Below are positions 1 to 10,804 of a stretch of 41,003 nt of DNA, one piece after another. This stretch comes from Alphaproteobacteria bacterium. Lineage in GTDB: Bacteria; Pseudomonadota; Alphaproteobacteria; SMXQ01. The translations under genes were made by a program, and so were the position numbers. The stretch is from assembly GCA_027292975.1 (NCBI GenBank), contig JAPUGG010000274.1, forward strand, positions 1-41,003, in the 5' to 3' direction. Under the pieces are notes generated by a model, which worked only from the letters and a program-made list of their open reading frames with translations, was not told where the DNA came from and searched no databases. The stretch's first letter is position 1. The number at the start of each line of letters is the position of its first letter.

Positions 1-1712
<1,712 letters not shown>

Positions 1713-1885
1713 AGAGTGATCGCCCGCGGCATCCGGCACCACGGGTTCAGGCCCCTCGTGGTTGCGAGGGACAAATTGTCGGTGGGGTTCGCGGTATCAG
1801 CGGCCCAGGGATAGGACCGAGGGACGGTGATTCGGCCGAGGGGCGTCAGGACCGGCCCGAAGGCATTGGAAGGCTAGGAGAACAT

Positions 1886-3772
1886 ATGTCTGATCAACAC
1901 GCCGGAGATGTGGCCGAGCCGTTTTCGACCGGCGAGAACTTTGCCGAACTGCTCGAGGAATCTCTTGGCGACAGAGGCCCCGTCGAGGGCACCGTGCTCA
2001 AAGGCACCGTCGTCTCCATAGAGAACGACATGGCGGTGGTCGACGTCGGACTCAAGTCCGCCGGCCGCGTCGCCCTGAAGGAATTCTCCTCTCCCGGCCA
2101 GGGCGCCGAATTGAAGCCCGGGGACGAGGTCGAGGTCTATCTCGAGCGCTACGAGGACCGCAACGGCGAAGCGGTGCTCAGCCGCGACAAGGCTCGGCGG
2201 GAAGAGGCCTGGACCCTGCTTGAAAGCGCGTACAATGATAACCTGCGCGTCTCCGGAACCATCTTCGGCCGCGTCAAGGGCGGGTTCACCGTGGATCTTT
2301 CGGGCGCGGTGGCGTTTCTCCCGGGGTCCCAGGTCGACATCCGGCCGGTGCGCGACGTCAGCCACCTGATGAGCACGCCCCAGGAATTTCATATCCTCAA
2401 GATGGACCGCTCTCGGGGCAATATCGTGGTTTCGCGCCGCGCCGTGCTCGAGGAATCCCGCGCCGAAGCCCGTTCCGAACTGATCGCCAACCTGAAAGAG
2501 GGGCAGGTGCTGGAGGGCGTCGTCAAGAACATCACCGACTACGGCGCCTTTATCGACTTGGGCGGCGTCGACGGCTTGCTGCATATCACCGACATCTCGT
2601 GGCGGCGCATTAGCCATCCCAGCGAAGCGGTCAATGTGGGCGATTCGGTTAAAGTTCAGGTGATCCGATTCAACCCCGAGAACCAGCGCATCAGCCTCGG
2701 CATGAAACAGCTGGAATCCGACCCCTGGGAAGGCATCGAGAAGAATTATCCGATCGCAACCAAGCTCAAGGGGCGGGTGACCAACATCACCGATTACGGC
2801 GCCTTCGTGGAGCTCGAGCCCGGCGTCGAGGCCCTGGTCCATGTGTCCGAAATGAGTTGGACCAAGAAGAACATCCACCCGGGCAAGATCGTCTCCACTT
2901 CCCAGGAACTGGAAGTCATGGTGCTCGACGTCGATCCCCAGAAGCGTCGCATCAGCCTCGGCCTAAAACAGTGCACCGAAAATCCCTGGGAAGCCTTTGC
3001 ACAGCAATACAGCGCCGGCGCCGAGCTCGAAGGCGAAATCAAGAACATCACCGAATTCGGCCTGTTTGTCGGCCTGCCCGGCGATATCGACGGCATGGTG
3101 CACCTTTCGGATCTCGACTGGACCCGGCCGGGCGAAGAGGCCATCGCCGATTTCGAGAAAGGCGATATGGCCAAGGTCAAGGTGCTGGAAATCGACGTCG
3201 AGAAGGAGCGCGTCAGTCTCGGTATCAAGCAGCTGACCGATGACCCGTTCGAAGGTCGGGCGGCGGCACTCAAGAGGGGCAAGGTCGTGACCTGTACCGT
3301 CAAGGTGGTCACCGACCGTGGTATCGAGGTCGACGTGGATGGCGCCCATGGCTTCATCCGCAGGGCGGATCTCGCCCGCGACCGGTCCGAGCAGCGTCCC
3401 GACCGTTTCGCCGTCGGCGAAAAGGTCGATGCCAGAATCACCAATATCGATCGCGCCTCGCGCAAGCTGTCGCTCTCCATCAAGGCCCACGAATTCGCCG
3501 AAGAGAAGGAAGCCATGGCCCAATTCGGGTCTTCGGATTCCGGCGCCAGCCTGGGGGACATCCTGGGCGCCGCCATCTCCAAGGCCAACCAACAGCGCGC
3601 CCAGGGCGACGACGCCCCTGCGGAGGAAACCCCAACCGAGGACGCCGCCGAGGAGGACACCCCGGCGGAGGATGCACCCGAGGATGCCGCCAAGGGCACG
3701 GCCAGCGAAGAGTCCCCGGCAGCGGTTGATGCCGCCGCCGCGGACGAGGACAAAAAAGACAAGGACGGCTGA
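1886..3772 (+). CDS. rpsA: 30S ribosomal protein S1 with acidic C-terminal extension
   Basis: Repeated S1 domains (VKNITDYGAFIDLGGVDGLLHITD, ITDYGAFVELEPGVE, ITEFGLFVGL), SSDSGASLGDILG, AGGAG RBS upstream. Confidence 0.98.
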   Translation: MSDQHAGDVAEPFSTGENFAELLEESLGDRGPVEGTVLKGTVVSIENDMAVVDVGLKSAGRVALKEFSSPGQGAELKPGDEVEVYLERYEDRNGEAVLSRDKARREEAWTLLESAYNDNLRVSGTIFGRVKGGFTVDLSGAVAFLPGSQVDIRPVRDVSHLMSTPQEFHILKMDRSRGNIVVSRRAVLEESRAEARSELIANLKEGQVLEGVVKNITDYGAFIDLGGVDGLLHITDISWRRISHPSEAVNVGDSVKVQVIRFNPENQRISLGMKQLESDPWEGIEKNYPIATKLKGRVTNITDYGAFVELEPGVEALVHVSEMSWTKKNIHPGKIVSTSQELEVMVLDVDPQKRRISLGLKQCTENPWEAFAQQYSAGAELEGEIKNITEFGLFVGLPGDIDGMVHLSDLDWTRPGEEAIADFEKGDMAKVKVLEIDVEKERVSLGIKQLTDDPFEGRAAALKRGKVVTCTVKVVTDRGIEVDVDGAHGFIRRADLARDRSEQRPDRFAVGEKVDARITNIDRASRKLSLSIKAHEFAEEKEAMAQFGSSDSGASLGDILGAAISKANQQRAQGDDAPAEETPTEDAAEEDTPAEDAPEDAAKGTASEESPAAVDAAAADEDKKDKDG

Positions 3773-3848
3773 AACTTTCGCCGTGGATCGGCTATACTCC
3801 GCCTAGCGGCGGCGGCGCCGTCCCAAGGAGACCACCGGTTCAGGTTTC

Positions 3849-4751
3849 ATGACCTTCGAATCCGATTCCCTGATCGATCGCAAGAGGCTCAAGCGTCGGC
3901 TGGCAAACTGGCGGCTTGCCGCGGTCATCGCCGTCGCCAGCGTGGGGCTGGCGTTGTTTGCCCGGTTCGATTCTTTTGAAAGCCGCAATCACGTGGCCCG
4001 GCTGTCGGTCAATGGCATTATTGTCGAGGATCGAAAGCGCGCTCAAGCCCTTGACCGCGTTGCCCGGGACAACAGCGCCAAGGCGCTGATCGTCCGCATC
4101 AACTCTCCCGGCGGTACCGTGGTGGGCGGCGAAACGCTCTATCACAAGCTGCGCAAGGTTGCCGCCAAGAAGCCGGTGGTCACCGTCATCGGCACGCTCG
4201 GCACGTCCGGCGGCTATATGGTTGCCATAGGCGGCGACCGCATTTTCGCACGGTCGGGCACCATTACCGGCTCCATCGGCGTGATCATGCAGACCACCGA
4301 CCTGACCGGTATGCTGAAGAAGTTCGGCATCACGACCGAGTCCATCAAGTCGGATCCGCTGAAGGCCGTGCCGTCACCCTTAGAGCCGCTGACCGACAAT
4401 GCGCGCGCGCTCATCAAGACGGTCATCAGGGATACCCATCGCCAATTCGTCTCCATGGTGGCCAACCGGCGTGGCCTCGGCCCCGACAAGGCCCGGAAAT
4501 TGGGCGATGGCCGGATTTTTACCGGCGACCAGGCGCTTTCCAACGGGCTGATCGACGCCATCGGCGGCGAAGCCGAGGCGCGGGACTGGCTGGCCAAAGA
4601 GCACGGCATCACCGCGAGCCTCCCCGTGCGTGACGTGCGAATCAACAGAGGCACCAAGAATCTGTTCGGGCTGGTCGAGGAAATGTTTGGAAAAACATTG
4701 TTTTCTGAACGACTTAGACTTGACGGGCTGATTTCCCTTTGGCACCCTTAA
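3849..4751 (+). CDS. sppA: signal peptide peptidase SppA (S49 family)
   Basis: [26 protein letters not shown]...GLID motifs. N-terminal TM segment. rpsA-sppA-ihfB synteny. Confidence 0.93.
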   Translation: MTFESDSLIDRKRLKRRLANWRLAAVIAVASVGLALFARFDSFESRNHVARLSVNGIIVEDRKRAQALDRVARDNSAKALIVRINSPGGTVVGGETLYHKLRKVAAKKPVVTVIGTLGTSGGYMVAIGGDRIFARSGTITGSIGVIMQTTDLTGMLKKFGITTESIKSDPLKAVPSPLEPLTDNARALIKTVIRDTHRQFVSMVANRRGLGPDKARKLGDGRIFTGDQALSNGLIDAIGGEAEARDWLAKEHGITASLPVRDVRINRGTKNLFGLVEEMFGKTLFSERLRLDGLISLWHP

Positions 4752-4824
4752 GTGGATTCTTCGGTTACGATCAGGGCCAGGGGGCAAATTCCCCGGCCCG
4801 GAAGCGGAGGGGTACGACGGCCCC

Positions 4825-5106
4825 ATGACAAAATCTGAATTGATCCTGCATCTCGTGGAAAAGAATCCCCATCTCTATCATCGGGATGTGGAACGCATCG
4901 TCACGGCGATCTTCGACGAGATTACCGCCGCGCTGTCACGGGGCGACCGCGTGGAACTGCGCGGCTTCGGCGCGTTTTCCGTAAAGCAGCGCGATGCCCG
5001 GATCGGCCGCAACCCGCGCACCGGGGAAGCGGTCAGTGTCGCCGCGAAGCGGGTGCCGTTTTTCAAGACCGGCAAACTGCTTCGCGAACGGCTCAACGGG
5101 CGTTAG
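4825..5106 (+). CDS. ihfB: integration host factor beta subunit
   Basis: MTKSELI...[23 protein letters not shown]...[16 protein letters not shown]. Confidence 0.98.
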   Translation: MTKSELILHLVEKNPHLYHRDVERIVTAIFDEITAALSRGDRVELRGFGAFSVKQRDARIGRNPRTGEAVSVAAKRVPFFKTGKLLRERLNGR

Positions 5107-5169
5107 CGCCCCCGTCTCCTTGCGGCCCGCGGCGAGGGCGACATGCCGACCACCACAGGCGATGGCACC

Positions 5170-5538
5170 GTGCGCATTCTCTTTTGGCTTTTCACCATCC
5201 CCTTTCTGGCACTGGCCGGCGCCTTTGCCGCGGCCAATCACGGGTCATTGACACTCAAGCTCTGGCCCTTTCCCTTCGAGGCCCAGGTGCCGGTCTACGC
5301 CGCCGTCCTGGGCGCGTTTTTCCTCGGCCTCCTGGTGGCGGCCCTATGGTTCTGGACGGCGGGCCTGGGCGGCCGCCTGGCGCGGCGGCGGTTGGCGCGT
5401 CACGAACGCGCCCTAGAGCAGGAAACCGCCCGTCTCAAACGGGAGTTGGCGGAAAAGAACCGCGCCCCGCCCGCCGCCACCGCGGCCGGGCACGACGACA
5501 CCCGGGCGCGTCGGCTGATCGCCGCGGGGGACGGCTGA
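5170..5538 (+). CDS. lapA: LapA (DUF1049) family lipopolysaccharide assembly membrane protein
   Basis: Two hydrophobic segments flanking FAAAN...L.LWP.P, then a basic coiled-coil tail. Follows ihfB. GTG at 5170 preferred (ORF track start 5143). Confidence 0.75.
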   Translation: MRILFWLFTIPFLALAGAFAAANHGSLTLKLWPFPFEAQVPVYAAVLGAFFLGLLVAALWFWTAGLGGRLARRRLARHERALEQETARLKRELAEKNRAPPAATAAGHDDTRARRLIAAGDG

Positions 5539-5614
5539 CCCGCCCCCTGTTGCGGCGCCGCGATACAGGCTATAAGACCGGCCCCAGAGGCAACCCACCG
5601 GGCGCCACGACACC

Positions 5615-5767
5615 ATGAACGACACCCAGTCCCACGCCGCGGCGGATCGATCCATTCGGCAAAAGATCCTTTGCGCCATCGACACGCCCGACCTAGAGCA
5701 CTTCCGGGCCCTGGCGGCGGCGCTGAAGGGCCGCATCGTCGCCGAGGCGGCGGCCGAGCTCGCCTGA
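5615..5767 (+). pseudogene. pyrF: internally deleted orotidine-5'-phosphate decarboxylase remnant (50 codons)
   Basis: Translates MNDTQSHAAADRSIRQKILCAIDTPDLEHFRALAAALKGRIVAEAAAELA*. ILCAIDTPDL...LAAALKGR resembles the PyrF beta1/alpha1 start, and IVAEAAAELA resembles the C-terminal helix. The catalytic DxKxxD core is absent. It occupies the lapA-pyrF-trpF slot. Confidence 0.75.
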
Positions 5768-5771
5768 TCCC

Positions 5772-6419
5772 GTGCCGGTCACCGTCAAGATTTGCGGCAT
5801 CAACGCGCCCGACGCCCTAGAAGCGGCGATCGAGGGAGACGCGGGCTACGTCGGATTGATGTTTTATCCCGCCTCACCCCGCTTCCTCGCCCTCGACGAG
5901 GCGGCCCGGCTAGCGGCCCTGGTGCCGGACGGGATCCAGCGGGTCGGCGTGTTCGTGGACGCGCCCGATGAGGTCATCGCCCGGACCCTGGATGCGGTGC
6001 CCATAGACATGGTGCAACTCCACGGCGCAGAGCCGCCCCGGCGCGTGGCCGAGATCCGAAGCCTCTTCGCGCGACCGGTGATCAAGGCCATCAAGATCGC
6101 CGGGCCCGACGACCTGGCCGAGGCCCGGGCCCAGGAAACGGCGGCCGACATGCTTCTGTTCGACGCCAAACCCCCCACTGATATGACCGACGCGCTTCCC
6201 GGCGGCAACGCGCTGGCCTTCGACTGGCAGATTATCGCCGGCCACCCTTGGGCGCGGCCGTGGATGCTGTCGGGCGGCCTCACCGCCGCCAATCTGGACC
6301 AAGCGGTCGCCACCAGCGGCGCGGCGCGCGTGGATGTTTCCTCGGGCGTGGAAACCGCGCCGGGACGAAAGGACCCGGCGCTGATCCGCGCCTTTATCCA
6401 GGCCGCGGCGGAGATTTAG
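5772..6419 (+). CDS. trpF: phosphoribosylanthranilate isomerase
   Basis: VKICGI, SPR, VQLHGAE, LFDAKPP...LPGGN...FDW, LSGGL, VDVSSGVE..PG.KD. Confidence 0.97.
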   Translation: MPVTVKICGINAPDALEAAIEGDAGYVGLMFYPASPRFLALDEAARLAALVPDGIQRVGVFVDAPDEVIARTLDAVPIDMVQLHGAEPPRRVAEIRSLFARPVIKAIKIAGPDDLAEARAQETAADMLLFDAKPPTDMTDALPGGNALAFDWQIIAGHPWARPWMLSGGLTAANLDQAVATSGAARVDVSSGVETAPGRKDPALIRAFIQAAAEI

Positions 6420-6445
6420 CGCCCAGCCGCGGACCGGCCGCGGCA

Positions 6446-6474
6446 TTGGAATATGGCGGCGCCGGGAGTATAGT
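6446..6474 (+). promoter_or_regulatory. candidate sigma70 promoter for trpBA-accD-folC
   Basis: TTGGAA-17nt-TATAGT in the trpF-trpB spacer. Confidence 0.45.
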
Positions 6475-6501
6475 TCGGCACCCCGATGACGAGTAAAAAA
6501 C

Positions 6502-7713
6502 ATGAGCACCGCCAACACCTTCCGGAGCGGGCCCGACGAGGGCGGGCATTTCGATCTTTTCGGTGGCCGATTCGTCGCCGAGACCCTGATGCCGCTGGTC
6601 CTGGACCTGGAACGGGCCTGGAATGAGGCCCGAACCGATCCCGGCTTCGCCGCCGAATTGGACCATTTCTTGGCCCATTACGCGGGCCGGCCCTCGCCGC
6701 TTTATTTCGCCGAACGGCTGACCCAAGAACTCGGCGGCGCCAAGATCTATTTCAAGCGCGACGAGCTCAACCACACCGGCTCCCACAAGATCAACAACTG
6801 CCTGGGCCAGATCCTGCTGGCCCGGCGCATGGGCAAGAAGCGGATCATCGCCGAGACCGGTGCCGGCCAGCATGGGGTGGCGACGGCGACGGTTTGCGCG
6901 CGCTTCGATCTGGACTGCACCATTTACATGGGCGAAATCGACATCGAGCGCCAACAGCCCAACGTCTTTCGCATGAAGCTTCTCGGCGCCAAGGTGGTGC
7001 CGGTTGGTTCGGGCTCGGCCACCCTCAAGGACGCCATGAACGAGGCCCTGCGCGACTGGGTGGCCAGCGTCGAGACCACCTATTACCTGATCGGCACGGC
7101 GGCGGGGCCGCACCCCTATCCGGCAATGGTCCGCGATTTCCAATCGGTGATCGGGCGCGAAACCCGCGACCAGCTGGACGCCGCCGAAGGCCGGGGGCCC
7201 GATACCCTGGTTGCCTGCATCGGCGGCGGATCCAACGCCATCGGCCTGTTTCACACCTTCCTCGACGAACCCGAAGTCGAGATGTTCGCCGTGGAAGCCG
7301 CCGGCGAAGGCATCGAAACGGGGCGCCACGCCGCCTCCATCACCGCCGGCGCGCCGGGGGTCCTGCACGGCAACCGCACCTATCTGTTGCAGGACGATGA
7401 CGGCCAGATCACCGAGGCCCATTCGATCTCCGCCGGCCTCGATTACCCGGGCATCGGCCCGGAGCATGCCTGGCTTCACGACCAGGGGCGTGTCAATTAC
7501 GTCTCGGCCACCGACGCCGAAGCCTTGGCCGCTTTCAAGCTGTGCTCCGAGTTGGAGGGCATCATACCGGCGTTGGAGCCGGCCCATGCGTTGGCCCACG
7601 TCATCCGCCACTGCCCGGGCCTGGCCCGGGACCATCTGGTGGTCATGAACCTGTGCGGCCGGGGCGACAAGGACGTTTTTTCGGTGGCCCGGCACCTGGG
7701 GGTTGAGTTGTGA
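6502..7713 (+). CDS. trpB: tryptophan synthase beta chain
   Basis: [11 protein letters not shown] (PLP Lys), [40 protein letters not shown]. Confidence 0.99.
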   Translation: MSTANTFRSGPDEGGHFDLFGGRFVAETLMPLVLDLERAWNEARTDPGFAAELDHFLAHYAGRPSPLYFAERLTQELGGAKIYFKRDELNHTGSHKINNCLGQILLARRMGKKRIIAETGAGQHGVATATVCARFDLDCTIYMGEIDIERQQPNVFRMKLLGAKVVPVGSGSATLKDAMNEALRDWVASVETTYYLIGTAAGPHPYPAMVRDFQSVIGRETRDQLDAAEGRGPDTLVACIGGGSNAIGLFHTFLDEPEVEMFAVEAAGEGIETGRHAASITAGAPGVLHGNRTYLLQDDDGQITEAHSISAGLDYPGIGPEHAWLHDQGRVNYVSATDAEALAAFKLCSELEGIIPALEPAHALAHVIRHCPGLARDHLVVMNLCGRGDKDVFSVARHLGVEL

Positions 7714-8570
7714 GCGCCGGCGCCGCACTCGACCGCATCCATGAGCGCTTCATGGCGCTTCGCGCCGAGGGCCGTGCCGGGCTGGTGACCTTCGTCACCG
7801 CCGGAGATCCCGATTTCGAAACCTCTTCCGAGATTCTCGCCGGACTTCCCCAAGCCGGCGCCGACCTCATCGAGATCGGCATGCCGTTTTCCGACCCCAT
7901 GGCCGATGGCCCCGCCATCCAGGCCTCCAGCCTGCGGGCGCTTGGAGCGGGCCAGAACATGGCCAAGACGCTCGACCTGGTGCGCCGGTTCCGCGCCGTC
8001 GATGCGACGACGCCGCTGGTGCTGATGGGGTACTACAACCCGATTTACAGATACGGCAACTTAACCTTCCTCGACGACGCCAAAAGTGCCGGCGTCGACG
8101 GGCTGATCATCGTCGACCTGCCGCCCGAGGAGGATTCCGAGCTCTGCCTGCCGGCCCGGGACGCGGGCCTCCACTTCATCCGCTTGGCGACGCCCACCAC
8201 CGATGAGGCGCGCCTGGCCAAGGTGCTCACCAACTCGTCGGGCTTCATCTACTACGTTTCCATCACCGGCATCACCGGTACGCGGTCCGCCCGGCCCGGT
8301 GATGTCGGCGAGCGGATCGCCGCCTTGCGGGTGGCCACGGAGCTCCCCATAGCCGTCGGTTTCGGCATCAAGACCCCGGATCAGGCGGCGGCCATCGCGC
8401 GCATCGCCGATGCCGCGGTGGTGGGCTCCGCCCTGGTTGAACGCATTGGCGATGGCCTTGACGCCGAGCGCCGCCCGGGGGCAAATTTGGTGGCCGAAAC
8501 GCTTAGCTTGGTGAAGCAGCTCGCCGCCGGCGTGCGCGGTGCGAGGCACTCAGAGGCCGCCACGGGGTAG
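7710..8570 (+). CDS. trpA: tryptophan synthase alpha chain
   Basis: [55 protein letters not shown]. Confidence 0.99.
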   Translation: MSAGAALDRIHERFMALRAEGRAGLVTFVTAGDPDFETSSEILAGLPQAGADLIEIGMPFSDPMADGPAIQASSLRALGAGQNMAKTLDLVRRFRAVDATTPLVLMGYYNPIYRYGNLTFLDDAKSAGVDGLIIVDLPPEEDSELCLPARDAGLHFIRLATPTTDEARLAKVLTNSSGFIYYVSITGITGTRSARPGDVGERIAALRVATELPIAVGFGIKTPDQAAAIARIADAAVVGSALVERIGDGLDAERRPGANLVAETLSLVKQLAAGVRGARHSEAATG

Positions 8571-8573
8571 ACC

Positions 8574-9500
8574 ATGAACTGGCTCACCAATTTCGTCAGA
8601 CCCCGCATCCGCGCCCTGGTGGGCAAGCAAGGCGTGCCCGACAACCTGTGGCACAAATGCACCGCCTGCGAACAGATGATCTTCCACCGGGAATTGTCGG
8701 CCAACCTGTATGTCTGCACCCATTGCGGCCATCACATGCGGATGTCGGCCAAGGACCGGCTGGCCATGATGTTCGACGGCGACAGCACCCAGACCATCGA
8801 ACTCCCCGAGACCATCGACGATCCCCTCAAATTCCGGGACCAGAAACGTTACGGCGACCGCCTCAAGGAAGCCCGGGCGAAGACCGGCATCAATGACGCG
8901 ATTCTGGTCGCCCACGGCGAGATCGGCGGGATTCCCGCGGTCATCGCCGCCTTCGATTTCCGTTTCATGGGCGGCTCCATGGGAACCGCCGTCGGCGACG
9001 GCCTGATCGCCGCCGCCCGCCTGGCGATCTTGCAGGACGCGCCGCTCATCGTTTTCCCGTCCTCGGGCGGGGCGCGCATGCAGGAGGGCATCCTTGCCCT
9101 GATGCAGATGACGCGGAGCACCATCGCCGTCCAGGAGATCCGCGAAGCGGGCCTGCCCTATATCGTCGTGCTGACCGACCCGACCACCGGCGGCGTATCG
9201 GCGAGCTTCGCCATGCTGGGCGATATCTCCATCGCCGAACCCGGGGCGATCATCGGCTTCGCGGGCGCGCGGGTCATCGAAAGTACCATCCACGAGACCC
9301 TGCCCGAAGGTTTCCAGCGCGCCGAATACCTTCTCGAACACGGCATGATCGACATGGTGGTGCCGCGCCATGAGTTGCGCGATACCTTGATCCGGGTGCT
9401 CGACCTCCTGCGCAACCGGAACCCGGCCGCAGAAGTGGTCGCCCTGCCCAAGTCAGAGGCCGCGGCCGATGACCAAGGGAACCCCGCCCCTGAACTCTGA
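8574..9500 (+). CDS. accD: acetyl-CoA carboxylase carboxyltransferase beta subunit
   Basis: MNWLTN start, C4 zinc finger (CTAC...CTHC), FMGGSMG, SGGARMQEG, DPTTGGVSASFAMLGD, GFAGARVIE. Confidence 0.98.
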   Translation: MNWLTNFVRPRIRALVGKQGVPDNLWHKCTACEQMIFHRELSANLYVCTHCGHHMRMSAKDRLAMMFDGDSTQTIELPETIDDPLKFRDQKRYGDRLKEARAKTGINDAILVAHGEIGGIPAVIAAFDFRFMGGSMGTAVGDGLIAAARLAILQDAPLIVFPSSGGARMQEGILALMQMTRSTIAVQEIREAGLPYIVVLTDPTTGGVSASFAMLGDISIAEPGAIIGFAGARVIESTIHETLPEGFQRAEYLLEHGMIDMVVPRHELRDTLIRVLDLLRNRNPAAEVVALPKSEAAADDQGNPAPEL

Positions 9501-10776
9501 CGCGGTGCTGGCCCGCCTCCACCAGCTTCACCCAAAAAAGATCGACCTGTCCCTTGGCCGGATCCGGCGTCTCCTGGGCGCCCTGGGCAATCCGGAACGC
9601 GACCTGGCGCCGGTCATCCACGTCGCCGGCACCAACGGCAAGGGCTCCGTCATCGCCTTCATCAAGGCGATGGCGGAAGCCGCCGGGCGCAAGGCCAACG
9701 TCTATACCTCCCCCCACCTGGTGCGCTTCACCGAGCGCATCCGGCCGGCCGGCCGGGAGATCGGCGAGCGCGCCCTTGCCCGATTGCTGGGGGAATGCGA
9801 AGCCGCCAACGCAGCCCATCCCATCACCTTCTTCGAGATCACCACGGCGGCGGCCTTCCTCGCCTTCGCGCGCGTTAAGGCCGACCTCACCTTGATAGAG
9901 ACCGGTCTCGGCGGACGGCTGGACGCCACCAACGTGATCGCACGGCCCAAAGTCACCGTCATCACGCCGGTCTCCCTCGACCATCAGCAATTCTTAGGGC
10001 CGCGCCTTGCCGGCATCGCCGGGGAAAAAGCCGGCATCCTGAAGCGCCGCATTCCCGGCATCATCGGCCCCCAGCATGCCATCGCCGCCCGGGTGATCAA
10101 TCAGCGGGCCGAAGCACTTCAGGCGCCGCTGATCCGCTGGGGCCGGGATTTCAGGGCCGAATTGGGGCCTGGGTCGCTGATTTTCAGCGACCGGGACGGC
10201 GATCTCCAGCTGCCCCGTCCCGGGCTCAAAGGGGCCCACCAAGCCGCCAACGCGGCCATCGCCATCGCCGCGCTCAAGGCACTGGGGGACCGGGACATCG
10301 GCGCCGCCGCCTTCGCCCGGGGGATCGCCCGGGCCACCTGGCCGGCCCGCCTGCAACGGCTGACCGGCGGCCCGTTGAGCGCGCCGCTGATCGCCGGCGG
10401 GTTCGAGGTCTGGCTCGACGGCGGGCACAATCCCGCCGCCGGACGGGCGCTGGCCAAGACACTCAGCCAGGACGGCGGGACGCCGCTTTACCTGGTGGTC
10501 GCCATGGCGGCGCCGAAACGTGCGGGCGAATTCCTAAAACCGCTGGCCGGTCTCGCCCCCAAGGGCCTCTGGGCGGTGGCCGTGCCGGGCGACCACGCTT
10601 CCTTCCCCCCCGATCGCCTCGCCGCCCTCGCCCGGCGTCTCGGCATTGCCGCCCATCGGGCCGCCTCGCCGGCGGCGGCGCTCGGCGCCATCGCGGGGCT
10701 CCCGCCGGGCCGGGTCCTGATCACCGGCTCGCTTTACCTGGCCGGCGCGGTGCTGTCCGAGGATCGCGCCGGATAG
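9469..10776 (+). CDS. folC: folylpolyglutamate synthase / dihydrofolate synthase
   Basis: HVAGTNGKGS, YTSPHLVRF.ERI, TFFEITT, ETGLGGRLDATNV, EKAGI, WPARLQ, LDGGHNP, GSLYLAG. Confidence 0.97.
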   Translation: MTKGTPPLNSDAVLARLHQLHPKKIDLSLGRIRRLLGALGNPERDLAPVIHVAGTNGKGSVIAFIKAMAEAAGRKANVYTSPHLVRFTERIRPAGREIGERALARLLGECEAANAAHPITFFEITTAAAFLAFARVKADLTLIETGLGGRLDATNVIARPKVTVITPVSLDHQQFLGPRLAGIAGEKAGILKRRIPGIIGPQHAIAARVINQRAEALQAPLIRWGRDFRAELGPGSLIFSDRDGDLQLPRPGLKGAHQAANAAIAIAALKALGDRDIGAAAFARGIARATWPARLQRLTGGPLSAPLIAGGFEVWLDGGHNPAAGRALAKTLSQDGGTPLYLVVAMAAPKRAGEFLKPLAGLAPKGLWAVAVPGDHASFPPDRLAALARRLGIAAHRAASPAAALGAIAGLPPGRVLITGSLYLAGAVLSEDRAG

Positions 10777-10804
10777 CGCATTAAACCGATAAGGGGAATT
10801 CCGT

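Noticed and set aside
1713-1885. Possible structured rpsA leader (CCCTCG/CGAGGG hairpin near 1753-1770)
   Set aside because: A short GC stem is expected by chance, and I cannot match it to a known RNA family by eye.
1874-2878. 334-aa antisense ORF over rpsA (likewise 6394-7728, 19290-20951, 22070-23776, 25756-27285, 29189-31048, 32474-33982, 35548-36981)
   Set aside because: Shadow frames of well-supported genes. Stop-poor antisense and alternate frames are expected at this GC content, and none shows a recognisable motif.
5413-5422. CTAGAGCA in lapA and CTAGAGCG in murU (25583) as further repeat copies
   Set aside because: Only 7-8 nt, and explained by Leu-Glu codons in intact reading frames.
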